Source: Macrostomum lignano (Eukaryota). Taken from it: 64,000 nucleotides of DNA. The notes under the pieces are model-generated. The model was not told the origin of the DNA. It worked only from the letters and a program-made list of their open reading frames with translations, and ran no database searches. The translations under genes and the position numbers were made by a program. Below are positions 1 to 12,305 of the stretch, piece after piece. The stretch covers positions 1 through 64,000 of the forward strand of contig NIVC01002016.1 of NCBI GenBank assembly GCA_002269645.1. Reading direction: 5' to 3'. Positions within the stretch are counted from its first letter, which is position 1; every line of letters begins with the position of its first letter.

Positions 1-431
1 AACATCTGCATTAAAGAGGGATCATGCAGCAATCCACGGTATATTATTATTAACATGAGAAACCCAAATAGCATTATACGCTACATGCATGGAGACGTGC
101 GGTCCATTCAGCATGAAATCAGTGATAATCTTTACCCTGCACTGCCACAAAATGGAGATTTCAGTCAGAACAAGATTAGCAAATTTTACAGCGAGTTGTC
201 GACTTGGCTGTGAAGAGAACAACGGAATTGCTATCACTGCTTTCAATATGGAACTCTATATCCAATGTTTGGCGCTGATGTGTCTGCCAGACAAATGCTA
301 CTGATAACAGCCCTGTGAATATCGTGACTAACATTAGGACTGTCGCAACACCCGTGGACCTGTACATTATCTATGCATTTGAGAGGAAGGTGAAGCTTAA
401 CATGATCAACAATTCATCCAGTAAAGTTTAA
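1..431 (+). pseudogene. Polinton/Maverick-like major capsid protein, C-terminal remnant with frameshifts and stops
   Basis: Hand translation across frames: NPRYIIIN...YPALPQNGDFSQNKISKFYSE / LYPMFGADVS / NSPVNIVTNIRTVATPVDLYIIYAFERKVKL...KV* (TAA 429-431). This resembles remembered Polinton MCP motifs (PRYIIV, YP..DF, LYPLFVFDVS). No database search was run. Confidence 0.6.
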
Positions 432-455
432 TATTTTTTTTTTGTGGGTGAAAAA

Positions 456-1316
456 ATGGAAGCTATAGCCGAAAGACTAAACAATAATTATTTCGCACTC
501 CAAGGAGAGCATTCCTATTACAATAACTGGGCGGATTAATGACTCAAACGGGATATTTGTTCAAAATTAGAGCAGGCGATTAGCCTGGATCCAGGTGCTA
601 TTACCATGTCTATCTTAACGACTTCACTGGTTGGTCAAACGTTCCCAATGTGATGGCAGCAAATAATAAGTTTTATTACAAATGGAAAGGTGCAGCAGCA
701 GACCTGTGGTATTCCATGTGAGCACGCAAAGTGTGGATACCTACAATAACTTTCTAGAAAACGTCTTTACTAAAAGAGGCCATTCGAGACACCTGATGCG
801 AGTAAGCCAGAGAAGAAACTGTTCCCTGTCAAACTAACCTATGATCTCACTGTAATGAGAGTGGTCATGCAAGTTCACAAAGATGCGGAGGTTGAGTTTA
901 AAGATGACACTTGGTATAGGGAATTGGGATTCGTGAAGAAAGTTTATAAGGCAGAATCCACAGCGCGGACTGTCACTCAAGCATCGGGGGCCGTTAGCAT
1001 GGCCCGGGAAAGTGTACGCGGTTTGTTCTTAGCACCCAATATAGCAGACATTGTAAAGGGTTTGAATATTCTAATCAGAAGCAATCTCAGTCTTGATTGG
1101 GTATTTAAGGGAAAGCGAACGAATATTTTGTACAACATCTCCAACTCTGTTGCTGGAGGACAGATGGTGGTAGAGAAACCAAATCCAGTGAAAAGAGTTG
1201 TATTGAGTAATAAAGAGATTCACGAGATTGTGCTACAGTTTGAGACTGAAGATGGGATGGGCGTTGATTTTAATGGGGAAGAGTTTGTATTGACGTTGAT
1301 CATTGAAAGAATGTAA
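456..1316 (+). pseudogene. Polinton-like minor capsid (penton) gene; 5' half frameshifted, 3' 153 codons open
   Basis: ATG at 456 follows the MCP stop. Fragments include SNVPNVMAANNKFYY, then ORF 855-1316 with RELGF and terminal GMGVDFNGEEFVLTLIIERM, the typical penton C-terminal D(F/L)NG motif. Confidence 0.6.
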
Positions 1317-1320
1317 GAAA

Positions 1321-1560
1321 TCACAATTGTCTAATGATTTCTACAAAGTTATAGTAGCTGTCGTAATCTTTTACATAGGTTACTCCATACTTATGAAACC
1401 AGTGTCTTTGGAGAGCTAGATTAATATTAGGGACATTGATATCAACGTCGGGCCAATATTTTCTCATGTACTCGCTGCATTCAAGTTTGCATCGGTACTT
1501 ACTCTTGTAATTAGGCTCGTGCGCTTTGTAATAAGAACCTGGAGAGACAACTGGAAACAT
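1321..1560 (-). CDS. Small 79-aa hypothetical ORF convergent with the penton gene, probably a Polinton accessory gene
   Basis: Intact non-repetitive ORF whose stop lies 4 nt from the penton stop; tight virus-like packing. No recognised domain. Confidence 0.35.
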   Translation of the reverse strand: MFPVVSPGSYYKAHEPNYKSKYRCKLECSEYMRKYWPDVDINVPNINLALQRHWFHKYGVTYVKDYDSYYNFVEIIRQL

Positions 1561-1764
1561 TTTTAGAGAAAATTTAATTTTTTTTCAAAGGGTAAGGACC
1601 CTGGGTTAGGGGTTTAAAGTTTTAGGGATCTGGTTTCATGTTGCGAATTGAATGTGGGGAGAAGAATGCAGATTGTTTTCTGATTGTTTCGAAGATGCTA
1701 TGGGTGGATGTCAGTGGATTATGTCAGTGTCAGTGAGCATAACAGGTGTCAGTGGACCCATATT

Positions 1765-2060
1765 CCCATATTCTGTCAGTCATAATATGGATGGATTTAA
1801 TGGGATTAAAGTTTTCGGATCAAGTGCAACCCCTCCCCTTTTTCAAGATTCTGTCGGGGATAATATAGATAGATTTAATGGGATTATGGAGGACGTTTTG
1901 TGAGCGAGTGCGACCCCCCTTTTTTTCTGATTCTGTCAGGGATAATATGGATGGATTTAATGGGATTATGGAGGAGGTTTTTGGAGCAGGTGCGACCCCC
2001 CTTTTTTTCTGATTCTGTCAGGGATAATATGGATGGATTTAATGGGATTATGGAGGAGGT
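1765..2060. repeat. About 3.5 copies of an 82-84 bp repeat in the putative Polinton terminal inverted repeat
   Basis: TTCTGTCAGGGATAATATGGATGGATTTAATGGGATTA recurs; landmark C(G/A)ACCCC at 1827, 1911 and 1993. Confidence 0.85.
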
Positions 2061-3740
2061 GAAAAATTTTGTCCCAGAAGCCCCCTCATGACATCTACTC
2101 TTTTGTTTTACTGTGTGTTTTCCTGCTATTTAAAATCTTCTTAATTTATTTTCGAGCTGCAGTAACAAATCAGTGTAAATATGAGCAGATGAGCTGATTT
2201 CTATTGGTTATCCAGTTGGCAGGACTGAATGCCACGCTTCACAGCTGCGTCAGTTCGCTTCATCACCCCCATCGGTATTCACTGTTGCACAGGAAATTTT
2301 CAATTTTTGCTTCAACGCAGCAATCGCTTTTCTTTGTTTCTCTCTCTCCAAATTGTTCCGTTTTGCTTTGCTTTGCCTGTGTTTTTCTGCTTGCTTTTTT
2401 GTTGATGCTTTTTTTGCTTTTTGTTGATCGCTTTGAACTTGAAGCGGCAACGCTGCGAGAGACACGAGAGAGTCGAATCTAGTCATGACAGAGGGCCGCG
2501 ACCGCAGGACTCGCTCCGCTGTCAATTTCTTTGCTCCAGCGATCGGTCCTGCGGCCTTGTGGCTCTCCGACCTGTAAATAGATACCGTACTACTGTTTTG
2601 CTTGTAGTAACAGTACACTGTGTACTTGTATTGTACCATGTAATTGAACTCGTTTTCAATATGATTTTCTTCATAATTAGTGGCGCCTTATAGGAAGTGC
2701 ACGATGTACTATTTGTTGTTAAGTCTAGCATCAAGATATCTGTTTCATAAGATTGATTATATTCGTATAGATTATCAGCTTTGTTGAATGCTTTTGTTTA
2801 TTTATTTCGTTTCAAAATGCTGCTTTTGATCGTTTCCTTAAACGGCACAATTTTTGGAGTCAATGGTCTCAAATTGTATAGAAAATTTGCTTACATATGC
2901 TTTGTTTAATACTTACAGTAGCGTAAACGTTTTATTTAACTGTTTCGTCAGACGCACTGTTGTAACGTGACTTCAATTTTAAGCTGAAAAATCAATAAAT
3001 GAATAAACCCAGTGTTTTATTTAGAATCTATCCCACATAGTTAATCCTTTCCCAGTTTCACATCCCATACATCTGTTTTTGATTCAAATACAAGTGTTCA
3101 CTAGCTATTAAACATATACTTATGATTGTCGATTGATTTATGCTTCAAAATTATGTACTGGTCTACTTTTGTTGATTACTTCTAAACGATACAGCCTACT
3201 TTCCATGCTTGAGTAGTAGAGAAGTGGATCGTTCTTAAATTTACCTACAAATATTGTAGTAAAATCGACCTCTGGTTTTCTTTCTTAAACAAGCAAGACT
3301 CAAACGGGCGCAGCGGGGGTATAAGAGGCCTGTCGCTTTGAAAAGTAGCCAAGCTAGCAAAGTTTGTTATCGCAAATGCACAGAGTAGAAACTTTTCTTG
3401 AGCTTGCAGCGCGGGGAACCGTTTCACCTTGTTGGCCAATGCCGACTTGGAGACGGGGGGAGAGGAGAGGCGGAGGGGTATGCCAGACATGCAGGCTCAA
3501 GAAGCTCAAGGGCAGAGAGCCGCCGGGAGGCTTCCGCAGCTACTGTACGAAAACTTTTCTTTCTGCCCTAAGAATTTCTTCAACTCTTTCATCTGTGCAC
3601 CTGCTGGCTACTAGAAGAAGCAGAAAATTGCGCTCAGGAAACGGGCGGCTTGGCGAGATCAAATCTCACCTGGAAAAGCAGAAGTTAACACGCAGCCAGC
3701 TCAGTGAAAGTAATTGTGATTTTCTGCAACAGCGATCCGA

Positions 3741-3881
3741 ATGGAAGACGACGGCGAGGAGCCTCTGAGCGACGGCTCCAGCGATGACAGAGGCTCGGAG
3801 CGGGAGGGGGAGCTGCCACAGAATGGCTTGCGGACTAATGAGGCAGACAGGTGCGCCATTCTGTACGATAAGCAGAACCAG
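3741..3881 (+). CDS. Exon 1 of orphan 199-aa gene (MEDDGEEPLSDGSS...LYDKQNQ)
   Basis: ATG 3741, 47 codons, perfect donor CAG|GTGAGT at 3881/3882, phase 0. Confidence 0.65.
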
Positions 3882-3904
3882 GTGAGTGACATTGACTATA
3901 AGTA

Positions 3905-6900
3905 GAAATTATGGATTGCTAATCTAGCTAACAGGCAGAGGAACAGACTGGATTGCTAATCTAGCTAACAGGCAGAGGAATAGAGTGGATTGCTAATCTA
4001 GCTAACAGGCAGAGGAATAAATGGATTGCTAATCTAGCTAACAGGCAGAGGAATAAATGAATTGCTAATCTAGCTAACAGGCAGAGGAATAAATGGATTG
4101 CTAATCTAGCTAACAGGCAGAGGAATAAATGGATTGCTAATCTAGCTAACAGGCAGAGGAACAGACTGGATTGCTTATCTAGCTAACATCTAGCTAACAG
4201 GCAGAGGAATAAATGGATTGCTAATCTAGCTAACAGGCAGAGGAACAGACTGGATTGCTTATCTAGCTAACATCCAGCTAACAGGCAGAGGAACAGAATG
4301 GATTGCTAATCTAGCTAACATCTAGCTAACAGGCAGAGGAACAGAATGGATTGCTAATCTAGCTAACAGGCAGATAACAGAGTGGATTGCTAATTTAGCC
4401 AGCAGGCAGAGGAGAACAGAATGGATTGCTAATCTAGCTAACAGGCAGAGGAATAAATGGATTGCTAATCTAGCTAACAGGCAGAGGAATAAATGGATTG
4501 CTAATCTAGCTAACAGGCAGAGGAACAGACTGGATTGCTAATCTAGTCAGCAGGCAGAGGAACAGAGTGGATTGCTAATCTAGTCAGCAGGCAGAGGAGA
4601 ACAGAGTGGATTGCTAATCTAGCTAACAGGCAAAGGAGAACAGAGTGGATTGCTAATCTAGCCAGCAGGCAGAGGAGAACAGAGTGGATTGCTAATCTAG
4701 CTAACAGGCAAAGGAGAACAGAGTGGATTGCTAATCTAGCCAGCAGGCAGAGGAGAACAGAGTGGATTGCTAATCTAGCTAACAGGCAGAGGAATAGAGT
4801 GGATTGCTAATCTAGCTAACAGGCAAAGGAGAACAGAGTGGATTGCTAATCTAGCTAACAGGCAGATAACAGAGTGGATTGCTAATCTAGCTAACAGGCA
4901 AAGGAGAACAGAGTGGATTGCTAATCTAGCCAGCAGGCAGAGGAGAACAGAGTGGATTGCTAATCTAGCTAACAGGCAAAGGAGAACAGAGTGGATTGCT
5001 AATCTAGCCAGCAGGCAAAGGAGAACAGAGTGGATTGCTAATCTAGCTAACAGGCAAAGGAGAACAGAGTGGATTGCTAATCTAGCTAACAGGCAAAGGA
5101 GAACAGAGTGGATTGCTAATCTAGCCAGCAGGCAGAGGAGAACAGAGTGGATTGCTAATCTAGCTAACAGGCAAAGGAGAACAGAGTGGATTGCTAATCT
5201 AGCTAACAGGCAGATAACAGAGTGGATTGCTAATCTAGCTAACAGGCATAGGAGAACAGAGTGGATTGCTAATCTAGCTAACAGGCAAAGGAGAACAGAG
5301 TGGATTGCTAATCTAGCTAACAGGCAGAGGAATAGAGTGGATTGCTAATCTAGCTAACAGGCAAAGGAGAACAGAGTGGATTGCTAATCTAGCTAACAGG
5401 CAAAGGAGAACAGAGTGGATTGCTAATCTAGCTAACAGGCAGATAACAGAGTGGATTGCTAATCTAGCTAACAGGCAAAGGAGAACAGAGTGGATTGCTA
5501 ATCTAGTCAGCAGGCAGAGGAACAGAGTGGATTGCTAATCTAGTCAGCAGGCAGAGGAACAGAGTGGATTGCTAATCTAGTCAGCAGGCAGAGGAACAGA
5601 GTGGATTGCTAATCTAGTCAGCAGGCAGAGAACAGAGTGGATTGCTAATCTAACTAACAGGCAAAGGAGAACAGAGTGGATTGCTAATCTAGCCAGCAGA
5701 CAGAGGAGAACAGAGTGGATTGCTAATCTAGCTAACAGGCAAAGGAGAACAGAGTGGATTGCTAATCTAGCCAGCAGGCAGAGGAGAACAGAGTGGATTG
5801 CTAATCTAGCTAACAGGCAGATAACAGAGTGGATTGCTAATCTAGCTAACAGGCAAAGGAGAACAGAGTGGATTGCTAATCTAGTCAGCAGGCAGAGGAA
5901 CAGAGTGGATTGCTAATCTAGTCAGCAGGCAGAGGAACAGAGTGGATTGCTAATCTAGTCAGCAGGCAGAGGAACAGAGTGGATTGCTAATCTAGTCAGC
6001 AGGCAGAGAACAGAGTGGATTGCTAATCCAGCTAACAGGCAAAGGAGAACAGAGTGGATTGCTAATCTAGCCAGCAGGCAGAGGAGAGCAGAGTGGATTG
6101 CTAATCTAGCTAACAGGCAAAGGAGAACAGAGTGGATTGCTAATCTAGCCAGCAGGCAGAGAAGAACAGAGTGGATTGCTAATCTAGCCAGCAGGCAGAG
6201 ATAAACAGAGTGGATTGCTAATCTAGCCAGCAGGCAGAGAAGAACAGAATGGATTGCTAATCTAGCCAACAGGCAAAGGAGAACAGAGTGGATTGCTAAT
6301 CTAGCCAGCAGGCAGAGAAGAACAGAGTGGATTGCCAATCTAGCCAGCAGGCAGAGAAGAACAGAGTGGATTGCTAATCTAGCTTACAGGCAGAGGAATA
6401 GAGTGGATTGCTAATCTAGCTAACAGGCAAAGGAGAACAGAGTGGATTGCTAATCTAGCTAACAGGCAGATAACAGAGTGGATTGCTAATCTAGCTAACA
6501 GGCAAAGGAGAACAGAGTAGATTGCTAATCTAGCCAGCAGGCAGAGAAGAACAGAGTGGATTGCTAATCTAGCTAACAGGCAAAGGAGAACAGAGTGGAT
6601 TGCTAATCTAGCTAACAGGCAGAGGAACAGAGTGGATTGCTAATCTAGCCAGCAGGCAGAGGAGAACAGAGTGGATTGCTAATCTAGCTAACAGGCAAAG
6701 GAGAACAGAGTGGATTGCTAATCTAGCTAACAGGCAGATAACAGAGTGGATTGCTAATCTAGCTAACAGGCAAAGGAGAACAGAGTGGATTGCTAATCTA
6801 GCCAGCAGGCAGAGGAGAGCAGAGTAGATTGCTAATCTAGCTAACAGGCAAAGGAGAACAGAGTGGATTGCTAATCTAGCCAGCAGGCAGAGGAGAACAG

Positions 6901-8590
6901 AGTGGATTGCTAATCTAGCTAACAGGCAAAGGAGAACAGAGTGGATTGCTAATCTAGCTAACAGGCAGATAACAGAGTGGATTGCTAATCTAGCTAACAG
7001 GCAAAGGAGAACAGAGTGGGTTGCTAATCTAGCTAACAGGCAAAGGAGAACAGAGTGGATTGCTAATCTAGCTAACAGGCAAAGGAGAACAGAGTGGATT
7101 GCTAATCTAGCTAACAGGCAGAGGAATAGAGTGGATTGCTAATCTAGCTAACAGGCAGAGGAGAACAGAGTGGATTGCTAATCTAGCTAACAGGCAGATA
7201 ACAGAGTGGATTGCTAATTTAGCCAGCAGGCAGAGGAGAACAGAATGGATTGCTAATCTAGCTAACAGGCAAAGGAGAACAGAGTGGATTGCTAATCTAG
7301 CTAACAGGCAGATAACAGAGTGGATTGCTAATTTAGCCAGCAGGCAGAGGAGAACAGAATGGATTGCTAATCTAGCCAACAGGCAAAGGAGAACAGAGTG
7401 GATTGCTAATCTAGCCAGCAGGCAGAGAAGAACAGAATGGATTGCTAATCTAGCTAACAGGCAAAGGAGAACAGAGTAGATTGCTAATCTAGCCAGCAGG
7501 CAGAGAAGAACAGAGTGGATTGCTAATCTAGCCAACAGGCAGAGAAGAACAGAGTGGATTGCTAATCTAGCCAGCAGGCAGAGGAGAACAGAGTGGATTG
7601 CTAATCTAGCTAACAGGCAAAGGAGAACAGAGTGGATTGCTAATCTAGCCAGCAGGCAGAGGAGAACAGAGTGGATTGCTAATCTAGCTAACAGGCAAAG
7701 GAGAACAGAGTGGATTGCTAATCTAGCTAACAGGCAAAGGAGAACAGAGTGGATTGCTAATCTAGCTAACAGGCAGAGGAACAGAGTGGATTGCTAATCT
7801 AGCTAACAGGCAAAGGAGAACAGAGTGGATTGCTAATCTAGCCAGCAGGCAGAGGAGAACAGAGTGGATTGCTAATCTAGCTAACAGGCAAAGGAGAACA
7901 GAGTGGATTACTAATCTAGCTAACAGGCAGATAACAGAGTGGATTGCTAATCTAGCTAACAGGCAAAGGAGAACAGAGTGGATTGCTAATCTAGCTAACA
8001 GGCAAAGGAGAACAGAGTGGATTGCTAATCTAGCCAGCAGGCAGAGGAAAACAGAGTGGATTGCTAATCTAGCTAACAGGCAGAGGAATAGAGTGGATTG
8101 CTAATCTAGCTAACAGGCAAAGGAGAACAGAGTGGATTGCTAATCTAGCTAACAGGCAAAGGAGAACAGAGTGGATTGCTAATCTAGTCAGCAGGCAGAG
8201 GAACAGAGTGGATTGCTAATCTAGTCAGCAGGCAGAGAACAGAGTGGATTGCTAATCTAGCTAACAGGCAAAGGAGAACAGAGTGGATTGCTAATCTAGC
8301 CAGCAGGCAGAGGAGAGCAGAGTGGATTGCTAATCTAGCTAACAGGCAAAGGAGAACAGAGTGGATTGCTAATCTAGCCAGCAGGCAGAGGAGAACAGAG
8401 TGGATTGCTAATCTAGCTAACAGGCAAAGGAGAACAGAGTGGATTGCTAATCTAGCCAGCAGGCAGAGGAGAACAGAGTGGATTGCTAATCTAGCTAACA
8501 GGCAAAGGAGAACAGAGTGGATTGCTAATCTAGCTAACAGGCAAAGGAGAACAGAGTGGATTGCTAATCTAGTCAGCAGGCAGAGGAGAA
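3905..8590. repeat. 4.7-kb minisatellite, 35-39 bp units (AACAGAGTGGATTGCTAATCTAGCTAACAGGCAAAGGAG)
   Basis: Directly visible; fills the intron of the orphan gene. Confidence 0.98.
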
Positions 8591-8636
8591 CAGGCAACGC
8601 CAGACACACCCTGCGCTACGCATGCTCCTACCATAG

Positions 8637-9095
8637 CGCATTCTCGAAGGCAAGCTGGACCCTCGCGGCCAACCGGGCGACCGCCTCGCCAGCCTCTGCC
8701 TGAGCAGGCCGGCTTTTGTAGTCCGGTCCCTCCGAGAAGTCCTGGAGCCCGGCGAGCTCAGCACGGCCTGGCGCAGCTCCAAGGGCAAGGAGGCCTCCTT
8801 CAGCTGCTACAACAGAAACGTGCTGGTCGGCGTCAAGCGGCTGCAGCTCGGCGGGGTGACGGCCCGCAGCGAGGACGTTCGGCTGTATTCGGTTGGCGAG
8901 GACCCGGGCTCCCTGACAGAGCGCGATAGCCCGGCGGGCTACCATGAGGCCTATTTCACCCGGGCCGACTTCGAGGACGATGAGGAGCAGCACGAGCTGG
9001 CCAGGGCCGCGGTGGCGATGGCAGCGAAGGAGGCGACGTCCATGCGAGGTCAGCGGCAGCCGTCGAGTTCCGTTATCACGGCGAAGCGGACTTGA
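8637..9095 (+). CDS. Exon 2 of orphan 199-aa gene (RILEGKLDPRGQ...VITAKRT*)
   Basis: Acceptor CTCCTACCATAG| at 8636, phase 0 matching exon 1; 153 GC3-rich codons ending at TGA 9095. Confidence 0.7.
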   Translation, partial: RILEGKLDPRGQPGDRLASLCLSRPAFVVRSLREVLEPGELSTAWRSSKGKEASFSCYNRNVLVGVKRLQLGGVTARSEDVRLYSVGEDPGSLTERDSPAGYHEAYFTRADFEDDEEQHELARAAVAMAAKEATSMRGQRQPSSSVITAKRT

Positions 9096-9896
9096 CAATC
9101 CAACCGCTCTACTTTTAGTAGAGGGTCGAAAGCATTTTCTAAGCGCATTATTGTATTAACATGAAAATTTCTAATCATTTCGGCTGCGACTAGAGGCTCT
9201 ACTCTAAGTAGCATCTTGTGCTCATGTGTTTATAGTATGAAAAATTGCAATTGCTAAGGCAAATCTGCATTCATTGTTGTTTCTATTTATTTTCATAGCA
9301 CTCTTTTAAACACCTTTGCGATTCGCTGCGTTCAGACTAAAAGCGGGAAATTTTTTCTCCGCCTGTGCTGAGCTGATCAATAATTAATTCGGTTATTGAT
9401 GGCGTCTGAGTGGAGACTGTGCTGACGAATGCAATGCAGGATGCTGGGCTCAGGCCCTATCACAGCCTCCATCCGTGATCGAAATCAATCAGCTCTAATC
9501 AAAGAAAGATGGAGAGAGCGGGCGGGATATGGCGGGCCACGCAGCTGCAACTTGGGGGGGATAACGGCCGGCCTCAATATGGGATTCAGAAAAGAAGGGC
9601 CGGCCCCGCGAGCACATCGAGGGAAGTGGGTGTAGAGACACGCGGGAACAGCGGATTCGGGATAATTATCCTCAGCGTATCGATTCGACAGGCATCGATC
9701 CTCTGCTGTCCCCTCCCTGAGCTCTGCTCTGCATGGCGACTGGACCGGCCGATAATGACGGCGAGGCCTCTGGCATCATCAAAGGTGCTCTCTCTCTCTC
9801 TGCCCCTCCATCTCAGCTGCTTTGATCAGCTGTCTCCCCTAAAATGAGGCTGTTCCTATGTATATTCTTGTAAATCTATCGTACCGACCATGCTCA

Positions 9897-10310
9897 TTAC
9901 GATACAATACATATCGGTAGTTACAATCAAGTTTTAAACTATTTGGCTCTCCAAATCTCTACCCTATTCTCTCTGTTTAGTGATGTTTAATAAGATACAT
10001 ATCGGTAGTTATAATCGAGTTTTGGACCATTTCCCTTTCACAATCTCTACCCCATTTTCTCTTTAGTGTTGTTTATTACGATACATATCGGTAGTTACAA
10101 TAGAGTTTTGGACTATTTGGCTCTCTTAATCTCTACCCGATTCTCACTTCAGTGATGTTGATTACGATACATATCGGTAGATACAATAGAGTTTAGGACT
10201 ATTTGGCTCTCCTAATCTCTACCCGATTCTCTCTCTCTTGTGATGTTTTTACGATACATATCGGTAGTTATAATCAATTCTTAGACCGTTCCCTTTCCTA
10301 ATCTCTCCCC
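9897..10310. repeat. Five diverged ~85-bp tandem units starting GATACATATCGGTAG
   Basis: GATACATATCGGTAG(T/A)TA(C/T)AAT...AATCTCTACCC recurs five times. Confidence 0.85.
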
Positions 10311-10809
10311 GAGTCTTTCCTAATTTAAATTTCGGGTAGATTCAGAAATCCAGCTTTGTCCTTCACCCTGTGTGAGCGTTGAAATGCTTGCTGAACAGAG
10401 CCTGCCCCCTGCCGCTAACCAAGCTGCCCAAGGAAATCTATTCATCTAAATTCAACCGAGACCAAACGGCATTACCTACTTAGCCTTGCGGCCGGAATTT
10501 TCTGGCTGCCGCATCGCATCGGTATGCAAATTTTTATCCCATTTAAGGTGTCAGCTTTTGACGAATCGAAAACCGCTCCTAAGACGATGAGCTGAATTTT
10601 CCTTCCCGCTCCCAGTGTGCCTCGATACCAGATACTTAATCCCATAATTCGCCAGCTTTCAGTTGTTGATTGCATCGGCTGAAATTCCGGACAGCTGTCC
10701 GACTGTCCGCCTGTCCCTTCCCCGTCATATCAAAGAGTTGAAAATCTGCTGGGTTGACGCAAAATGCCTGCTGCAACAGATCCTGCAGCTGTGTGCATTG
10801 ACAGCTAGG

Positions 10810-12305
10810 ACTGTCTCTGCTCTGTCCCCTGCTGTCTGTCCTCTGTCCCCTGCTGTCTGTCCTCTATCCCCTGCTGTCTGTCCTCTGTCCCCTGCTGTCT
10901 GTCCTCTGTCCCCTGCTGTCTGTCCTCTGTCCCCTGCTGTCTGTCCTCTGTCCCCTGCTGTCTGTCCTCTGTCCCCTGCTGTCTGTCCTCTGTCCCCTGC
11001 TGTCTGTCCTCTGTCCCCTGCTGTCTGTCCTCTGTCCCCTGCTGTCTGTGTCTTCTGCTGTCTCTGTCCCCTGCTGTCTCTGTCCCCTGCTGTCTCTGTC
11101 CCCTGTCTGCTGTCCCCTCTGTCTCCCTCTGTCCCCTGCTGTCTCTCTCTGTCCCCTGCTGTCTGTCCTCTGTCCCCTGCTGTCTGTACTCTGTCCCCTG
11201 CTGTCTGTCCTCTGTCCCCTGCTGTCTGTCCTCTGTCCCCTGCTGTCTGTCCTCTGTCCCCTGCTGTCTGTCCTCTGTCCCCTGCTGTCTGTCCTCTGTC
11301 CCCTGCTGTCTGTCCTCTGTCCCCTGCTGTCTGTCCTCTGTCCCCTGCTGTCTGTGTCTTCTGCTGTCTCTGTCCCCTGCTGTCTCTGTCCCCTGCTGTC
11401 TCTGTCCCTGCTGTCTGCCCTCTGTCCCCTGCTGTCTCTCCTCTGTCCCCTGCTGTCTCTCTTCTGTCCCCTGCTGTCTGTCCTCTGTCCCCTGCTGTCT
11501 GTCCTCTGTCCCCTGCTGTCTCTCTTCTGTCCCCTGCTGTCTGTCCTCTGTCCCCTGCTGTCTGTCCTCTGTCCCCTGCTGTCTGTCCTCTGTCCCCTGC
11601 TGTCTGTCCTCTGTCCCCTGCTGTCTGTCCTCTGTCCCCTGCTGTCTGTCCTCTGTCCCCTGCTGTCTGTGTCTTCTGCTGTCTCTGTCCCCTGCTGTCT
11701 CTGTCCCCTGCTGTCTCTGTCCCTGCTGTCTGCCCTCTGTCCCCTGCTGTCTCTCCTCTGTCCCCTGCTGTCTCTCTTCTGTCCCCTGCTGTCTGTCCTC
11801 TGTCCCCTGCTGTCTCTGTCCCCTGCTGTCTCTGTCCCCTGCTGTCTCTGTCCCCTGCTGTCTCTGTCCCTGCTGTCTGCCCTCTGTCCCCTGCTGTCTC
11901 TCTTCTGTCCCCTGCTGTCTCTCCTCTGTCCCCTGCTGTCTCTGCCCCTGCTGTCTCTGCCCCTGCTGTCTCTGCCCCTGCTGTCTGTCCTCTGTCCCCT
12001 GCTGTCTCTCCTCTGTCCCCTGCTGTCTGTCCTCTGTCCCCTGCTGTCTCTGCCCCTGCTGTCTCTCCTCTGTCCCCTGCTGTCTCTCTTCTGTCCCCTG
12101 CTGTCTCTGTCCCCTGCTGTCTCTGTCCCCTGCTGTCTCTCCTCTGTCCCCTGCTGTCTCTGTCCCCTGCTGTCTCTGTCCCCTGCTGTCTCTGTCCCCT
12201 GCTGTCTCTGTCCCCTGCTGTCTCTGTCCCCTGATGTCTCTCCTCTGTCCCCTGCTGTCTCTGCCCCTGCTGTCTCTGCCCCTGCTGTCTCGCCTCTGTC
12301 CCCTG
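10810..12305. repeat. Minisatellite, 21/15-bp units (CTCTGTCCCCTGCTGTCTGTC)
   Basis: Directly visible. Confidence 0.97.

Larger units (their letters stand above)
1..2099 (+). mobile_element. Right end of a Polinton/Maverick-like element, truncated by the window start
   Basis: Capsid remnants followed by ~82-bp subterminal tandem repeats and terminus ...GACATCTACT (reverse complement AGTAGATGTC, matching the AGTAG-type Polinton end). Confidence 0.55.

Noticed and set aside
1600-1627. Telomere-like GGGTTAGGGGTTT...TTTAGGG
   Set aside because: Only one or two degenerate units; not an array.
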